Origin: Barthelona sp. PCE
Taxonomy: Eukaryota
Reading direction: 5' to 3'
Assembly: GCA_040285745.1 (NCBI GenBank)
Contig: JAUFOR010000008.1
Location: forward strand, 1,426,001-1,490,000
DNA length: 64,000 bases
The position numbers were made by a program, and so were the translations under genes. Numbering within the stretch: the first letter of the stretch is position 1; every line of letters starts with the position of its first letter. A model generated the notes under the pieces. The model ran no database searches and was not told the DNA's origin. It was given only the letters and a program-made list of their open reading frames with translations. Below, piece by piece: positions 52,224 to 62,312 of this stretch.

Positions 52224-55010
52224 ATGTCCAAGAAGTCCGAGACTCAAAGGAACATTAGGGATATGTACATGCAAATGTTCACTAAATCAAATAATCCGAA
52301 TTCACAAGGGCCTTCAACACAGAAGACCAATCTTTACGACACCCCGAAGGTCGACCACAGCATTGAACCCGATGATGACATTGAAATTTCGATTGTTGCA
52401 GAGAATATGGAAGATCACTTCCGCAGTCGTTTACACGAGGGAACGCTCTCAGATCCAAAGCAACTACCAAAAATATCGACCCGTAAGAAGAAGAAAAAGC
52501 AGCGCCAATCAGCTAAGCAACTTGATATGATGATATCAAAAATTCAAATTTTGGAATCTCAGCTCGAGCAAATGCAGGTACGGACGAAGGAGGAGCAGCT
52601 GAACATCCAGATTGACTTTGAAAAGCAGTTAGAGAAGATTGAGAATCAACTTATTGACCGTAACCAAGAAATCGTTGAATTGAAGATGAAACAAGAGGAG
52701 ATGACCCGAGATCTATCTCTAAAAACAGACGAGGCTGCTGCGTCGGCAGAGAATGCAACAGAGCTGCAGCAGCAAGTAACTCTTTTACTGGACAGTATTC
52801 GTGGTAAGGATGAGAAACTTGAGCTGTTTGAGGAAGAGCTCAAGAAGCTCCCTATTGAGATCGAGAGCTCTCTCCAGGCCGAGAAGGGTGTCATGGATGC
52901 CGAGATAAGCAGTTTGAAGGACCAGCTGGTTTTGGAGAAGGAATCCAAGGCCGAATATTCTGGCATGTGTGAAGAACTCCGAACAGCACTTGATCAGGCA
53001 CAGACGACCGCTTCAGAGCAACTGGCACAGAAGGAGTCTGAGAACAGAAGACTCAATGATGTCGTCACCCAGATGGATCATTCGCTGTCAACCATGAGAG
53101 CTGATGGAGCAATGAACAAGGAACGTATCACTGAGCTGGAGAGCGAGAATGAATCGCTGCAGGACCAGATCGATGACTGGCACTCAGAGTACCGTGAGCT
53201 TCAGGAACGCTATGAAGATGATATCCTCGCCATGTTAAGTGGTGAATCTCGTGTGATTGACAAGTGGAAGGGACGTTTCTCCAAACGTGTTAAAACGATC
53301 AAGTTTGATGATGCTCTGCTCACACCGCAGATGGACAGAGTGCCCCAGCAGATGTCTAAGGTCTCTGAACCGGAACCAGAGCCTGAAATGAAGACAATGA
53401 CAATGAGCAATGAATCCATGGATCTTCGCGCCCGCCTTTCGAATACCGAGAAGGAGCTCGTCACAACCCAGCGTTATTACCAAGACCGAGAGAAGGAGTT
53501 GGTCGATGTAATCACAAAGCTGCAAACAAAGCAGAAAGACTTGGATGACCTGGCTGATTTGAAGCAGCACAACGCCGAGCTGAAAGCAGATGCGGCGCGC
53601 ATGTCTGGTATGGTTAAGGACGCGGAACGTAACTATAACGATGCGCTAACAAAGATTAGAAGGGAGCATCTGGATTCTTTGGAGAGAAACATGCAAATTG
53701 GATCGCTTGATGCGCAAAACAACGAGCTAAGCCTCAAGAATCACGTTATGGAAGAACAGGTTCAGCGCCTGATTAGGGAGAAAGATACACTGACTGATAC
53801 CTGCGCGAATCTCAAAGCTGAGTTGACGAAGTTGCGTATGGATCATGATGAGCAGCGTAAGCTGGCTGCCAGCCTTGACGAGCGTGTTAAATCGCTTATT
53901 GAGACGACCCAAAAGGAAAAGGAAGAAATGTTCAACAAGCTTGAGAGTAGATTGCAAACAGAGCAGGAGCTCAACGAGCACCGTGTTGAGGAGGTGCGTC
54001 GCATGGCAGAGCTGGAGTTCGACCGCCAGCTTAGCATCCTCAACTCCGACAAGCAGGCAGATGTACAGCGCGCACTGAGCGAGGAGAGGGCCAAACTCGA
54101 AAAGGAGAGTCATGAGAAGTTATTACTGAAGAACAAGGAGTTTGAGGATAGGCTGACAAAGCTTATGACAGAGAAGAAGCAGCTGTTGGATAACATAACG
54201 AACAATAGCCGTATAGAGATGGAGAACCTGAAGATGAAAAATTCTATGCAAATGACTGCATTGACCACCTCTACAGAGAAACAGCTGAACGCCAGGGCAT
54301 CGGAGAATGACGAGTTGCGCGGAAAACTGTTGGAGAAGAACAACGCAATCACACATTTGGAAGAGGAAGTGAAGAAGTTGACTGAAAGTGAGATGCAGAC
54401 GAAGCTGGAGCTTGACGAGACCAAGGCGATCCTAGACACTCTCATGACTGATGTTAACACAGCACAGAAGAAAATCGAGCGTATGTTGGACGAGAAGAAT
54501 GCATTGGAGAGGGAGATGGATGAGCTCCGTAACAATTGTCGTGATGAAATGACGAAATTAATGCTTGAAAACTCCAACGATACTGATGCTCTTATTAATA
54601 AGCTAAAACACGATTATGAATCTAAGATTAGGGAATTGATGACAACGACGGCAGAATTACAAGCGGAGAAGGCCAAGATCGAGAACAGATACGTCAACCA
54701 CGAGAAAGACATTGAAAAGATGCGTGCTGCCCATGCTAATGAGATTGCCAAGCAACAGAACCATAATCAGATGGAGTCGATCAAGCTTCTAATGCGTATT
54801 GATCAGTGCAAGGTTGCAATTGAGAACCTTGAGGGCGAGAGAGACCGTCTCCTATCGATGATTGCCCTACAAGACAGCAAGGATAATAGTGAGAGCCTGA
54901 ATACCATGAAAACCTTGATGTCAGTGGAATCACCGATGCCTAACATGGCCATGGGACTCTCGCCTCGTTTAGAGACACTACAACAAAGATACTCCACTTT
55001 TAGAGAATAA
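52224..55010 (+). CDS. Long coiled-coil protein
   Basis: About 928 aa with E/K/L/M/Q-rich heptads throughout. Confidence 0.85.
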   Translation: MSKKSETQRNIRDMYMQMFTKSNNPNSQGPSTQKTNLYDTPKVDHSIEPDDDIEISIVAENMEDHFRSRLHEGTLSDPKQLPKISTRKKKKKQRQSAKQLDMMISKIQILESQLEQMQVRTKEEQLNIQIDFEKQLEKIENQLIDRNQEIVELKMKQEEMTRDLSLKTDEAAASAENATELQQQVTLLLDSIRGKDEKLELFEEELKKLPIEIESSLQAEKGVMDAEISSLKDQLVLEKESKAEYSGMCEELRTALDQAQTTASEQLAQKESENRRLNDVVTQMDHSLSTMRADGAMNKERITELESENESLQDQIDDWHSEYRELQERYEDDILAMLSGESRVIDKWKGRFSKRVKTIKFDDALLTPQMDRVPQQMSKVSEPEPEPEMKTMTMSNESMDLRARLSNTEKELVTTQRYYQDREKELVDVITKLQTKQKDLDDLADLKQHNAELKADAARMSGMVKDAERNYNDALTKIRREHLDSLERNMQIGSLDAQNNELSLKNHVMEEQVQRLIREKDTLTDTCANLKAELTKLRMDHDEQRKLAASLDERVKSLIETTQKEKEEMFNKLESRLQTEQELNEHRVEEVRRMAELEFDRQLSILNSDKQADVQRALSEERAKLEKESHEKLLLKNKEFEDRLTKLMTEKKQLLDNITNNSRIEMENLKMKNSMQMTALTTSTEKQLNARASENDELRGKLLEKNNAITHLEEEVKKLTESEMQTKLELDETKAILDTLMTDVNTAQKKIERMLDEKNALEREMDELRNNCRDEMTKLMLENSNDTDALINKLKHDYESKIRELMTTTAELQAEKAKIENRYVNHEKDIEKMRAAHANEIAKQQNHNQMESIKLLMRIDQCKVAIENLEGERDRLLSMIALQDSKDNSESLNTMKTLMSVESPMPNMAMGLSPRLETLQQRYSTFRE

Positions 55011-55182
55011 AATGATGTGAAATTGATTTCAAACTAATGGGGCAGGCAGCAGTGCTTCAGCCGAGCATTCTGTCATCATCTATGATTGGAATAATTGTTA
55101 TTTTTAGTTGATAGTTGCACTTTGCAACCTCAAAGAAGTTTTCACTTTTATCACCTATATTCAGTATTATCTCCAACTCTAA

Positions 55183-56679
55183 ATGGGCTTGACGGGCAAG
55201 AAAACTCACGAAAACATTGAAGAAATGTCACAAGATGACATTCAAGTGGTGATACCCAAAAAGAAAACCAGGTTTTACTTCGTGGACTATGCAAGATTTT
55301 GGCTGTGCGTTGGAGTAATGGTTGGACACGTCTTTAGATTTTATGACGACCATGGGGATGACACAAAAATTGCTTACCGGCATATGGGTGGAATCGAGTC
55401 TTTCCTAGTGATTGGACATCTCATGGCGATGTCTGGCTTCTTCCTTTACGCTGGGTGCTCCAGTGTATGGTCTATCAAGTCTAATACAAAGGTTGCACCA
55501 TATATATTAAAGCGCACAATGCGTCTCCTCATCCCTCTCTTCGGTGGTCTGGTACTATTCGTAATCCCCACCAAGTTCCTGCAAAGGAGTTACCTCAATT
55601 GTGGATCAACAGCCCCTGATAACATTTTTGCTTATTTCCCATACTATTTTACGGATTGTTTTTCACAGATGGGTTTCTACTGGCTCTGGTTCCTTCCTCT
55701 CCTATTCGCCGTGTCTATACTCTTTACCCCTCTCATAAAAACACTCATACGCACATTAAAGAATGATGATCGTTTGAGCATTGCAGTTGTGAAGTTGACT
55801 GGTCTGTCGTTGTTTTATGTTGCTTTCTCAATTTTGTGGGTGTGGTTCTTCGGTATCACTTACTGGGTTGTTTTATCAATGATCTTTAACTTATTGGCAC
55901 TGCTGTCAACAATTATAGCCAAGAAGCTCCCTGCATTATCAATTCTTTTAGTTGTAGTTTTCGTTTTCGTGTCAAGAACAGTCTTCCATATGGCTGATCC
56001 ACCGAATGATTCCCTACAACAACAAGCGTATGTGTTTATGGGATACTTGGTACTGTACGTGCTTGGAGCAGGTATTGCACTCGTTAATCTTATAGCCAAG
56101 GGTATTTTCAACTCTGGATTGGTGAAAATGCTTACAGTTACTATTGTAATTCTTTTATTCTTCTGTTGTGCTCCAACATGGGACGGTGTTGAGAGTTATC
56201 GTCTACTAGGAGGTATTTATTCGACCTTCAACGAAATCTGGAACAGACAGCGGTGGGGATATTTCAGCATCGTTTTAGTAATGATATTTTCTTATAATAT
56301 GGCTGCCCTTTTCCCCAACGAGGTCAATCCTCTTCTTTATTCCTTTTGTGTTCGTTCTTTTTTGCCTGGTTATATTATTCACCCATTTGTAGCAATGATA
56401 TTTGCTCGTATTTTCATTTGGCTTGACATCAGCCCTTATATATCTTTGATTTTAATGAGTATTTTTGTATTATTCTTCTCATTATTTCTGGCAACACTCA
56501 TCGATATGGTTCCTTACGTCCGCGGTGCACTTGGCTACTCAGGAAAGCCTTGGTTCAAAATTGCTCGTGAAATTGTAAGTAAGAGCAAGAATTCCAGTTC
56601 TGCTATCGTTGAAGATGATGTAGAGAGTACCGAGATGACAAAAATGTCATTAGAATCTGACGATCTACGCAATGTTTAA
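55183..56679 (+). CDS. Acyltransferase-3 family membrane protein (OpgC/MdoC-like)
   Basis: RFYFVDYAR...GH, MSGFFLYAG, KRTMRLLIP, WLWFLPLL and YIIHP motifs; about 10 or more TM segments. Confidence 0.85.
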   Translation: MGLTGKKTHENIEEMSQDDIQVVIPKKKTRFYFVDYARFWLCVGVMVGHVFRFYDDHGDDTKIAYRHMGGIESFLVIGHLMAMSGFFLYAGCSSVWSIKSNTKVAPYILKRTMRLLIPLFGGLVLFVIPTKFLQRSYLNCGSTAPDNIFAYFPYYFTDCFSQMGFYWLWFLPLLFAVSILFTPLIKTLIRTLKNDDRLSIAVVKLTGLSLFYVAFSILWVWFFGITYWVVLSMIFNLLALLSTIIAKKLPALSILLVVVFVFVSRTVFHMADPPNDSLQQQAYVFMGYLVLYVLGAGIALVNLIAKGIFNSGLVKMLTVTIVILLFFCCAPTWDGVESYRLLGGIYSTFNEIWNRQRWGYFSIVLVMIFSYNMAALFPNEVNPLLYSFCVRSFLPGYIIHPFVAMIFARIFIWLDISPYISLILMSIFVLFFSLFLATLIDMVPYVRGALGYSGKPWFKIAREIVSKSKNSSSAIVEDDVESTEMTKMSLESDDLRNV

Positions 56680-56736
56680 TTGTGTATTTGTCTATATAAT
56701 AAAATTCTTTTTAATTTATTTTTTTCTAACAACTCA

Positions 56737-59700
56737 CTATTGTTGTGTATCCTCTACGTATTCCAAGGCATCACAAAACTCATCCATATCAACCTCCGAC
56801 TCTTCAACTTCACAATCAACTGTGAGGTGCATTGAGAAAGCTTCAAGACCAGCTTCAAGAGCAACAGCATTGGGAGAAAATGGTTTCGGAAGCATATTAG
56901 GTATCTGTATGTGCTCGTCTTCATCTACTCCTACATGTATCAGATTAACAAGCTCACTATAAAAATCAGAATCGAGATTAAGAGGATAAGTACAAATAAA
57001 ACTTTGGAGAACACCAACCTTCTCAAAAGCAATTGGGCTTGCGAACACATAGCTTAACAACTTGCATAAATGTCCACGGACAACTTCATCACCAGTACTG
57101 AGCACAACAATACAAAGTCGAACAAATTTGACATCTATATGTTCGACAATCCAGTCGGCCAAAGAATGCATCTTCATATTAACGTCTGAGTGTGTAAAGC
57201 ACCGCTCCAGCTCCTCATCCAGTGCCATATCGAGCAGGTTCGTCAGCCTGATTCCATTCAACAAATCCGAAAGTAACACGACTACCGTATCCATAACTCT
57301 ACGGTGTAAGTTGCGATGAATATAACTGCTATGATGCTTCAGCAACTGTATGTATATGCTCCTGATCTGCGTATAGTCGTTGAGTTCATTTGTAAAGTGA
57401 TACAGGCATATATCACTGTCTAATTCCTCACACCGTGACACTTCGCTACGGCACGAGATTGGTGTGATACATGGGGACTCAGAGGCAGCACCCAGACCAG
57501 TCTCGAACTGGTCGAGATCATCCATGACTGCGGTGAACGCATCGCTCAATGTATCGCTTGCTGCAGGCTTTGGCATACGTTCATAGAAAAGTCTTGTTTC
57601 AGTTTCCAGTGCTGATCTAAGCGTGCCGTTCGACACGTATGCGCGAGCAACGGTGCTTACAACGTCATAAGGGTCCCAATCGCGAAAACACAACAACAAA
57701 TCATAGAGGACGACCGTGGGCTTTCGCACAAAAATACGCTTGACCGCTTCCAGCAGCGCTTGGCATACCGGCGGCGTGCACTCAAGACGGAGGACAAACT
57801 CCATAAACAGGTGAAGAGATTGTGGCCTCACACAGTTGATGAGATCTAACAGCTTAATGGCGTATCCAGTCCACGTTTCGCTATCGCACTGCTCCCTTAG
57901 CGTAAGTAATACGGAGAAACAAGCATCATAAGACTCGATCTCAGCCAACTGCTGGACCACGCTTGATTGATCTCCGGAATTGATGATGAGAAACCCAGAG
58001 AGACGCATGAACGTATCCTTCCGAGCCTCCTTCAGGTACAATGTGAACAGAACCTCGAGCCCGAACGATTGAAATATATCAATCAAGTCATCTGTGTTGA
58101 AGCTCGTGCAGTTGGCCAGAATCTTGTCAAGCACGTCGAGGAAGAAGTCGTCGTTGGGGTCTCGCAGATTTAAAAGCAAAGAAGGGACATGACGGACGAT
58201 GTTGTAAGCTAGCTCGATGTCCTTGGTCTTCTTTAGCGTTCTTGAAACAAATTCAGCATTTGCTGGGGTGATTGCAGCGTACAGAAGCACCCACTTAACA
58301 TGAAAGTCCACTCTGCTTGCATGTTTGAAAAAAGGAGCAACATACTCAACGGTCTCGCTCGTAACAAACGGAAGGACGCGGCGCACAACCTCGTCTGCCA
58401 GGAAACTGTAGTCGCTGGCAAGGCGCTCAAACAGGCTGAGAGCTGTGGGCGGTTGGTAGTTTAGCAAAATCACAAGCGCTCCCATGATCTGGGATACGAA
58501 CTCCTGTAGGTCCCTAAAGAACCAGCAGTCCCTTATGAGGAGCTCACAGCACTGTTCGCGCTTGGCAAGCATCGGGAGAAGCTCGATAGACTCCAAATGA
58601 TTGTAATTCTGAGCACAATATAATGGAAAGCCATCGCAAATTGATGATATGACATCGAAGTATGGTTCAGTCTTAACCCAGTTTCGCAGGGCGCTGAAAA
58701 TTGACTCCCAGACAAAAGTATCCGAACCAACATGACATGCCACAATGGCTTCGAAGGTCTGTAGGTCGATCTTCTCCTCATCAAAGTACAGCAAAAACTC
58801 CAGGTGGCAAGGTTGGGGTTCCGCGAAGATGCAATCCTGGATCTCCTGCAGGAAAAATGCAGTGTGGTTGCTGTCAAACCCAAAGTGATGTTTGAAATCA
58901 TTGTACAGTTCATACATGGGCATCAGATCATTCCAGAAAAGGAAGCGGAAGACAGCATTAAGTTGGTCCATGTGCGACCTCATCGACTCCTTGATTTCCA
59001 ATGAGAGGTTTTTGACGGTTTGGTAAACACTAATATCGTACAGTCCGTCAAGGACACACCCGAAAAAGAGGACAGATGTGGGCTGCAGGTGGTGAACGAC
59101 AAGCGTGGCGTTGAACATGCGGCATGCCTCGAGACAACGCATATAAAGGAAAACAACCTCTTCAGAATCCTGAGCTGTATTTATGGGATCTGTGCCGTTA
59201 ACAAATGCCGAGTTGACCCTTTCGAGTGCAGTTGTGTACGGGCCATCGACGCCGAGTTGACGCAGGACTACAAGGGCGCTTGGGATCAGAGCTTTGCAAT
59301 TGTCATCAGATAAAATCTTATCGAAGAACGTTGCTGCGTACTGACATATATCAAAACGATTGGAAATCTCCATAGCGTTATCGAACGCGCCCCAAACAAA
59401 CTCATTATGGAGACAGACGCGCATAACGAGAGCATCGTCCACCCAGTCTGATAGAGGAAACTGGTTAGACATTCTCAAAAACAAAATGAGAGGATCAGCG
59501 TCAGCAGACGGCTCGCGCTGTTCCTCAAACAGGTTGAATATTTCAAGGTGGTCGCCTGTTGCTCGCCAGATCGCATTAAATATGGGAATTGGGCTTAGTT
59601 TGAAATCTTTATCAATACAACGCTCAAAAACCGATTGGATAAGGCCCATGCGCGCTGAAATATATGTGCCAACACTTTCATCGAGCATTGCTGCAAAATA

Positions 59701-60876
59701 CAAAAACAAAACACCGACAATGTCGTACTTCAACAGCCTAGTCTCCTCTACATGTGAAAGGACCGAAAGGCGGTACATGTATACACCAGCGAGCACACGT
59801 GCAGCCCAGGCATCGGTGATCCCAGTCATTGCGTCAAGAATCTCGCTCAGCATTTCATCTGTAACAAGAGATGAAGGTTCGCACCTAATCAATGGTTGGA
59901 AGAGAGTACTGACGTTGCGCTGCTCAAGGAGCGCGCATAGGCATCTGAGGACATCTCTCTGCTTGGCTGGCGTACGTAATTGCTTGAGAAGTCGTTTCTG
60001 GAAGAACTTGCCAAAATCTCCTACATCCATCCCTCTATGGGCACAGAGGACAATGATCGTCTTGGAAAACAGCTTAGCGGTCTTGGATACGCCCAGCGCA
60101 ATACTTAAAATATCCTCACTGTACATGTCTGCGTATACGATAGCTGAGAGGACGTTGTCAGCCTGGGACTGGATTGTTTTTGTGTCGAGCTGTAAGAACG
60201 CTCCCAGCCAGAGATTATGCAACTGTGAGGCTTCTGAGCACATGCAAAAAACTGGTGCTAATTGCAATAAGTGAGGTCTCCCAGGAATTGAATCTACAAC
60301 AACCTGCACCAGCTCTTCCTGATCGGATAGCACGCGAATGAGTGCCTTGTGCGCAGAATTCAGACTTTCTGTATGATACGTGATGTGATCGAGCAGGTCA
60401 AACATGTATCTAACGCTTTTCTCGGAGAGCGTGAAGAATTCAGTCTTTTGGCATATATGAGCAATGGTAAGGGCAATGACAGTTGTTCCGTATGAGAAAA
60501 ACAAGTCTTGGATACTGTCAGCATTATGGATAGGTAGACCTTGCAACAAGCTTTGTAAATCAAAATCATCAATGACGAAATCATCAGCTACTATTTCCAT
60601 CCGCTGCTCTTCAAAGACTGAGCTCGTCAACTGGCAAATACTAGCGTTAATCGTACGTTCAAGAATATGTAGCTGGGCAGTTGACTTTAAGAGAACGTTC
60701 TTTGCAAACTTCACCCTCTCTGCATCGTTGTCAAGCATCTTGACAATCTTTCGGCTTACTTTTTGCCCGATTTGAACCCCAGAATCGAATAACAAATGCT
60801 GAAATGTATTTGAGAACGATGATTTTAAAATGGGTATCGTTCCCTGCACAAGTGTAAGCTGTCCACAATATAACAT
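56737..60876 (-). CDS. Large alpha-solenoid-like hypothetical protein
   Basis: About 1380-aa helical Leu-rich ORF; the true start is uncertain (first ATG at 60876). Confidence 0.72.
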   Translation of the reverse strand: MLYCGQLTLVQGTIPILKSSFSNTFQHLLFDSGVQIGQKVSRKIVKMLDNDAERVKFAKNVLLKSTAQLHILERTINASICQLTSSVFEEQRMEIVADDFVIDDFDLQSLLQGLPIHNADSIQDLFFSYGTTVIALTIAHICQKTEFFTLSEKSVRYMFDLLDHITYHTESLNSAHKALIRVLSDQEELVQVVVDSIPGRPHLLQLAPVFCMCSEASQLHNLWLGAFLQLDTKTIQSQADNVLSAIVYADMYSEDILSIALGVSKTAKLFSKTIIVLCAHRGMDVGDFGKFFQKRLLKQLRTPAKQRDVLRCLCALLEQRNVSTLFQPLIRCEPSSLVTDEMLSEILDAMTGITDAWAARVLAGVYMYRLSVLSHVEETRLLKYDIVGVLFLYFAAMLDESVGTYISARMGLIQSVFERCIDKDFKLSPIPIFNAIWRATGDHLEIFNLFEEQREPSADADPLILFLRMSNQFPLSDWVDDALVMRVCLHNEFVWGAFDNAMEISNRFDICQYAATFFDKILSDDNCKALIPSALVVLRQLGVDGPYTTALERVNSAFVNGTDPINTAQDSEEVVFLYMRCLEACRMFNATLVVHHLQPTSVLFFGCVLDGLYDISVYQTVKNLSLEIKESMRSHMDQLNAVFRFLFWNDLMPMYELYNDFKHHFGFDSNHTAFFLQEIQDCIFAEPQPCHLEFLLYFDEEKIDLQTFEAIVACHVGSDTFVWESIFSALRNWVKTEPYFDVISSICDGFPLYCAQNYNHLESIELLPMLAKREQCCELLIRDCWFFRDLQEFVSQIMGALVILLNYQPPTALSLFERLASDYSFLADEVVRRVLPFVTSETVEYVAPFFKHASRVDFHVKWVLLYAAITPANAEFVSRTLKKTKDIELAYNIVRHVPSLLLNLRDPNDDFFLDVLDKILANCTSFNTDDLIDIFQSFGLEVLFTLYLKEARKDTFMRLSGFLIINSGDQSSVVQQLAEIESYDACFSVLLTLREQCDSETWTGYAIKLLDLINCVRPQSLHLFMEFVLRLECTPPVCQALLEAVKRIFVRKPTVVLYDLLLCFRDWDPYDVVSTVARAYVSNGTLRSALETETRLFYERMPKPAASDTLSDAFTAVMDDLDQFETGLGAASESPCITPISCRSEVSRCEELDSDICLYHFTNELNDYTQIRSIYIQLLKHHSSYIHRNLHRRVMDTVVVLLSDLLNGIRLTNLLDMALDEELERCFTHSDVNMKMHSLADWIVEHIDVKFVRLCIVVLSTGDEVVRGHLCKLLSYVFASPIAFEKVGVLQSFICTYPLNLDSDFYSELVNLIHVGVDEDEHIQIPNMLPKPFSPNAVALEAGLEAFSMHLTVDCEVEESEVDMDEFCDALEYVEDTQQ

Positions 60877-61291
60877 CGGAAGGTAAGATGGGGAAAAACT
60901 TAAAACACATTTTACTCCCTTTTCACGCAAACTAAATGTTGGGCATATGATTTATTTCCTGCTTTTGTCTTGTTTAAGATGGTAATCAAAGAAAAACATA
61001 AAGTGATGAGCATTGGTGGGCTTCACTTGCGAAGGAAATAAAGTCCTCATAATGGGCATATTTGACTGGAAATTCCATCACAACAGATCGTGAAGCACTG
61101 TAAGAGATTTCTATGATGCTGTTATGATGCTACAACCACATGTTTCACTCTTATTTACTTCATAATTCATATACTCTATTTAAACCCGTATGAATGAATA
61201 ACTGGCGCTCCTCACCGAGAGAAGACCAAGTAACCATTCTTTCAGTAATAAAGGTAAAATCTAACCTTGATAGTCTCTTAATAAATATTTT

Positions 61292-62254
61292 TCAAAACTT
61301 TAATTTCTTATTTGCAACTCTCCTCACACTATTTTTCACGTTTTCAAGGTATTTCTGCACCACAACGCCCAAATCACTGTGAATAATAGGAATAAAGCAT
61401 TCATTGAGGAATGATGTCACAGCATCTCTTATATCTTCAGGCAGAGAGTCAACCTTTGTTTCAAACTGGATAAAAAGAGAAACTATCGATGTGTATACTG
61501 CTGTGTATTGCAAAAACAACTCATCATTCTCAACACTCTTCTTACCCATTTGAGATATAGTCCCTACTGTCCTCTTGAACCAGCCCCATCTTCCCCGCTC
61601 TACGTCAACAGGGGCCTTAACAAAAGATAGAATTTTGGAAAACTCAGTGTGTACTTCACGCATTATTTCTTTAAAACTTTGCAATACAGACATGCTGTGT
61701 TTAGATGGAAACTCTGCGTAGTCAAAGACTGCAGGCATCACCTGATCCATGCTAGAACGCAGTGATGTTAATATTTGAATACGTTCGCCCATACACGAAA
61801 CTCTGCATTTCTTTTGAAGCCAAACTTCTTGTGATATAAACAACTGTGGCGTAACATATGCTCCTGGAGTCCTAAATGTATCAATAAACAGTCGAAGAAA
61901 CCAGAAGCATAACTTTGAATCTTTAACATTAAAACTCTCCATATCATTGCTTGGTGGTGGCTCCTCGTAGGGCTCAAAATGCACAGGAAATGTCAACTTA
62001 AGGTTCAACGGTGCCTCCCTCTGCTCATCGAGCACATCCTTTAGAATATGCATCCTCTTTGAGTATTTCACCCTGAAATCGTCAAGTTCGCTGAAATATG
62101 CAGCAGTTGCAGGGCCCCTGTCCATTTCTTGTTCACATATATCAATCAACTGTAAAACTTGCGAATATTTTCCAATAGCACTCGGTATAATGCCCCCAAT
62201 GTCGTTCTCCACGGCCTCCGTGGCTATCTTTCTGATGATTGGCAGGTAATCCAT
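61292..62254 (-). CDS. MIT-domain-containing protein
   Basis: ATEAVENDIGG...AIGKYSQVLQL...KYSKRMHIL is a MIT three-helix pattern; the downstream FWFLR...GAYVTPQLFISQEVW resembles MIT-domain proteins of fungi and amoebae. Confidence 0.7.
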   Translation of the reverse strand: MDYLPIIRKIATEAVENDIGGIIPSAIGKYSQVLQLIDICEQEMDRGPATAAYFSELDDFRVKYSKRMHILKDVLDEQREAPLNLKLTFPVHFEPYEEPPPSNDMESFNVKDSKLCFWFLRLFIDTFRTPGAYVTPQLFISQEVWLQKKCRVSCMGERIQILTSLRSSMDQVMPAVFDYAEFPSKHSMSVLQSFKEIMREVHTEFSKILSFVKAPVDVERGRWGWFKRTVGTISQMGKKSVENDELFLQYTAVYTSIVSLFIQFETKVDSLPEDIRDAVTSFLNECFIPIIHSDLGVVVQKYLENVKNSVRRVANKKLKF

Positions 62255-62312
62255 GCCTAAGAGATGGGATAGAAACTGGTTTTTAATTATTTTTCCCCAA
62301 TCCAGTCTATGA

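Noticed and set aside
60931..61059. In-frame TAA upstream of the 56737..60930 ORF (and the stops upstream of the transposase) suggesting TAA/TAG-to-Gln reassignment
   Set aside because: Conserved genes (SRPRA, Yos1, PP2C, TVP23) end at their expected C-termini with TAA, and long ORFs contain no internal TAA/TAG; the standard code fits.
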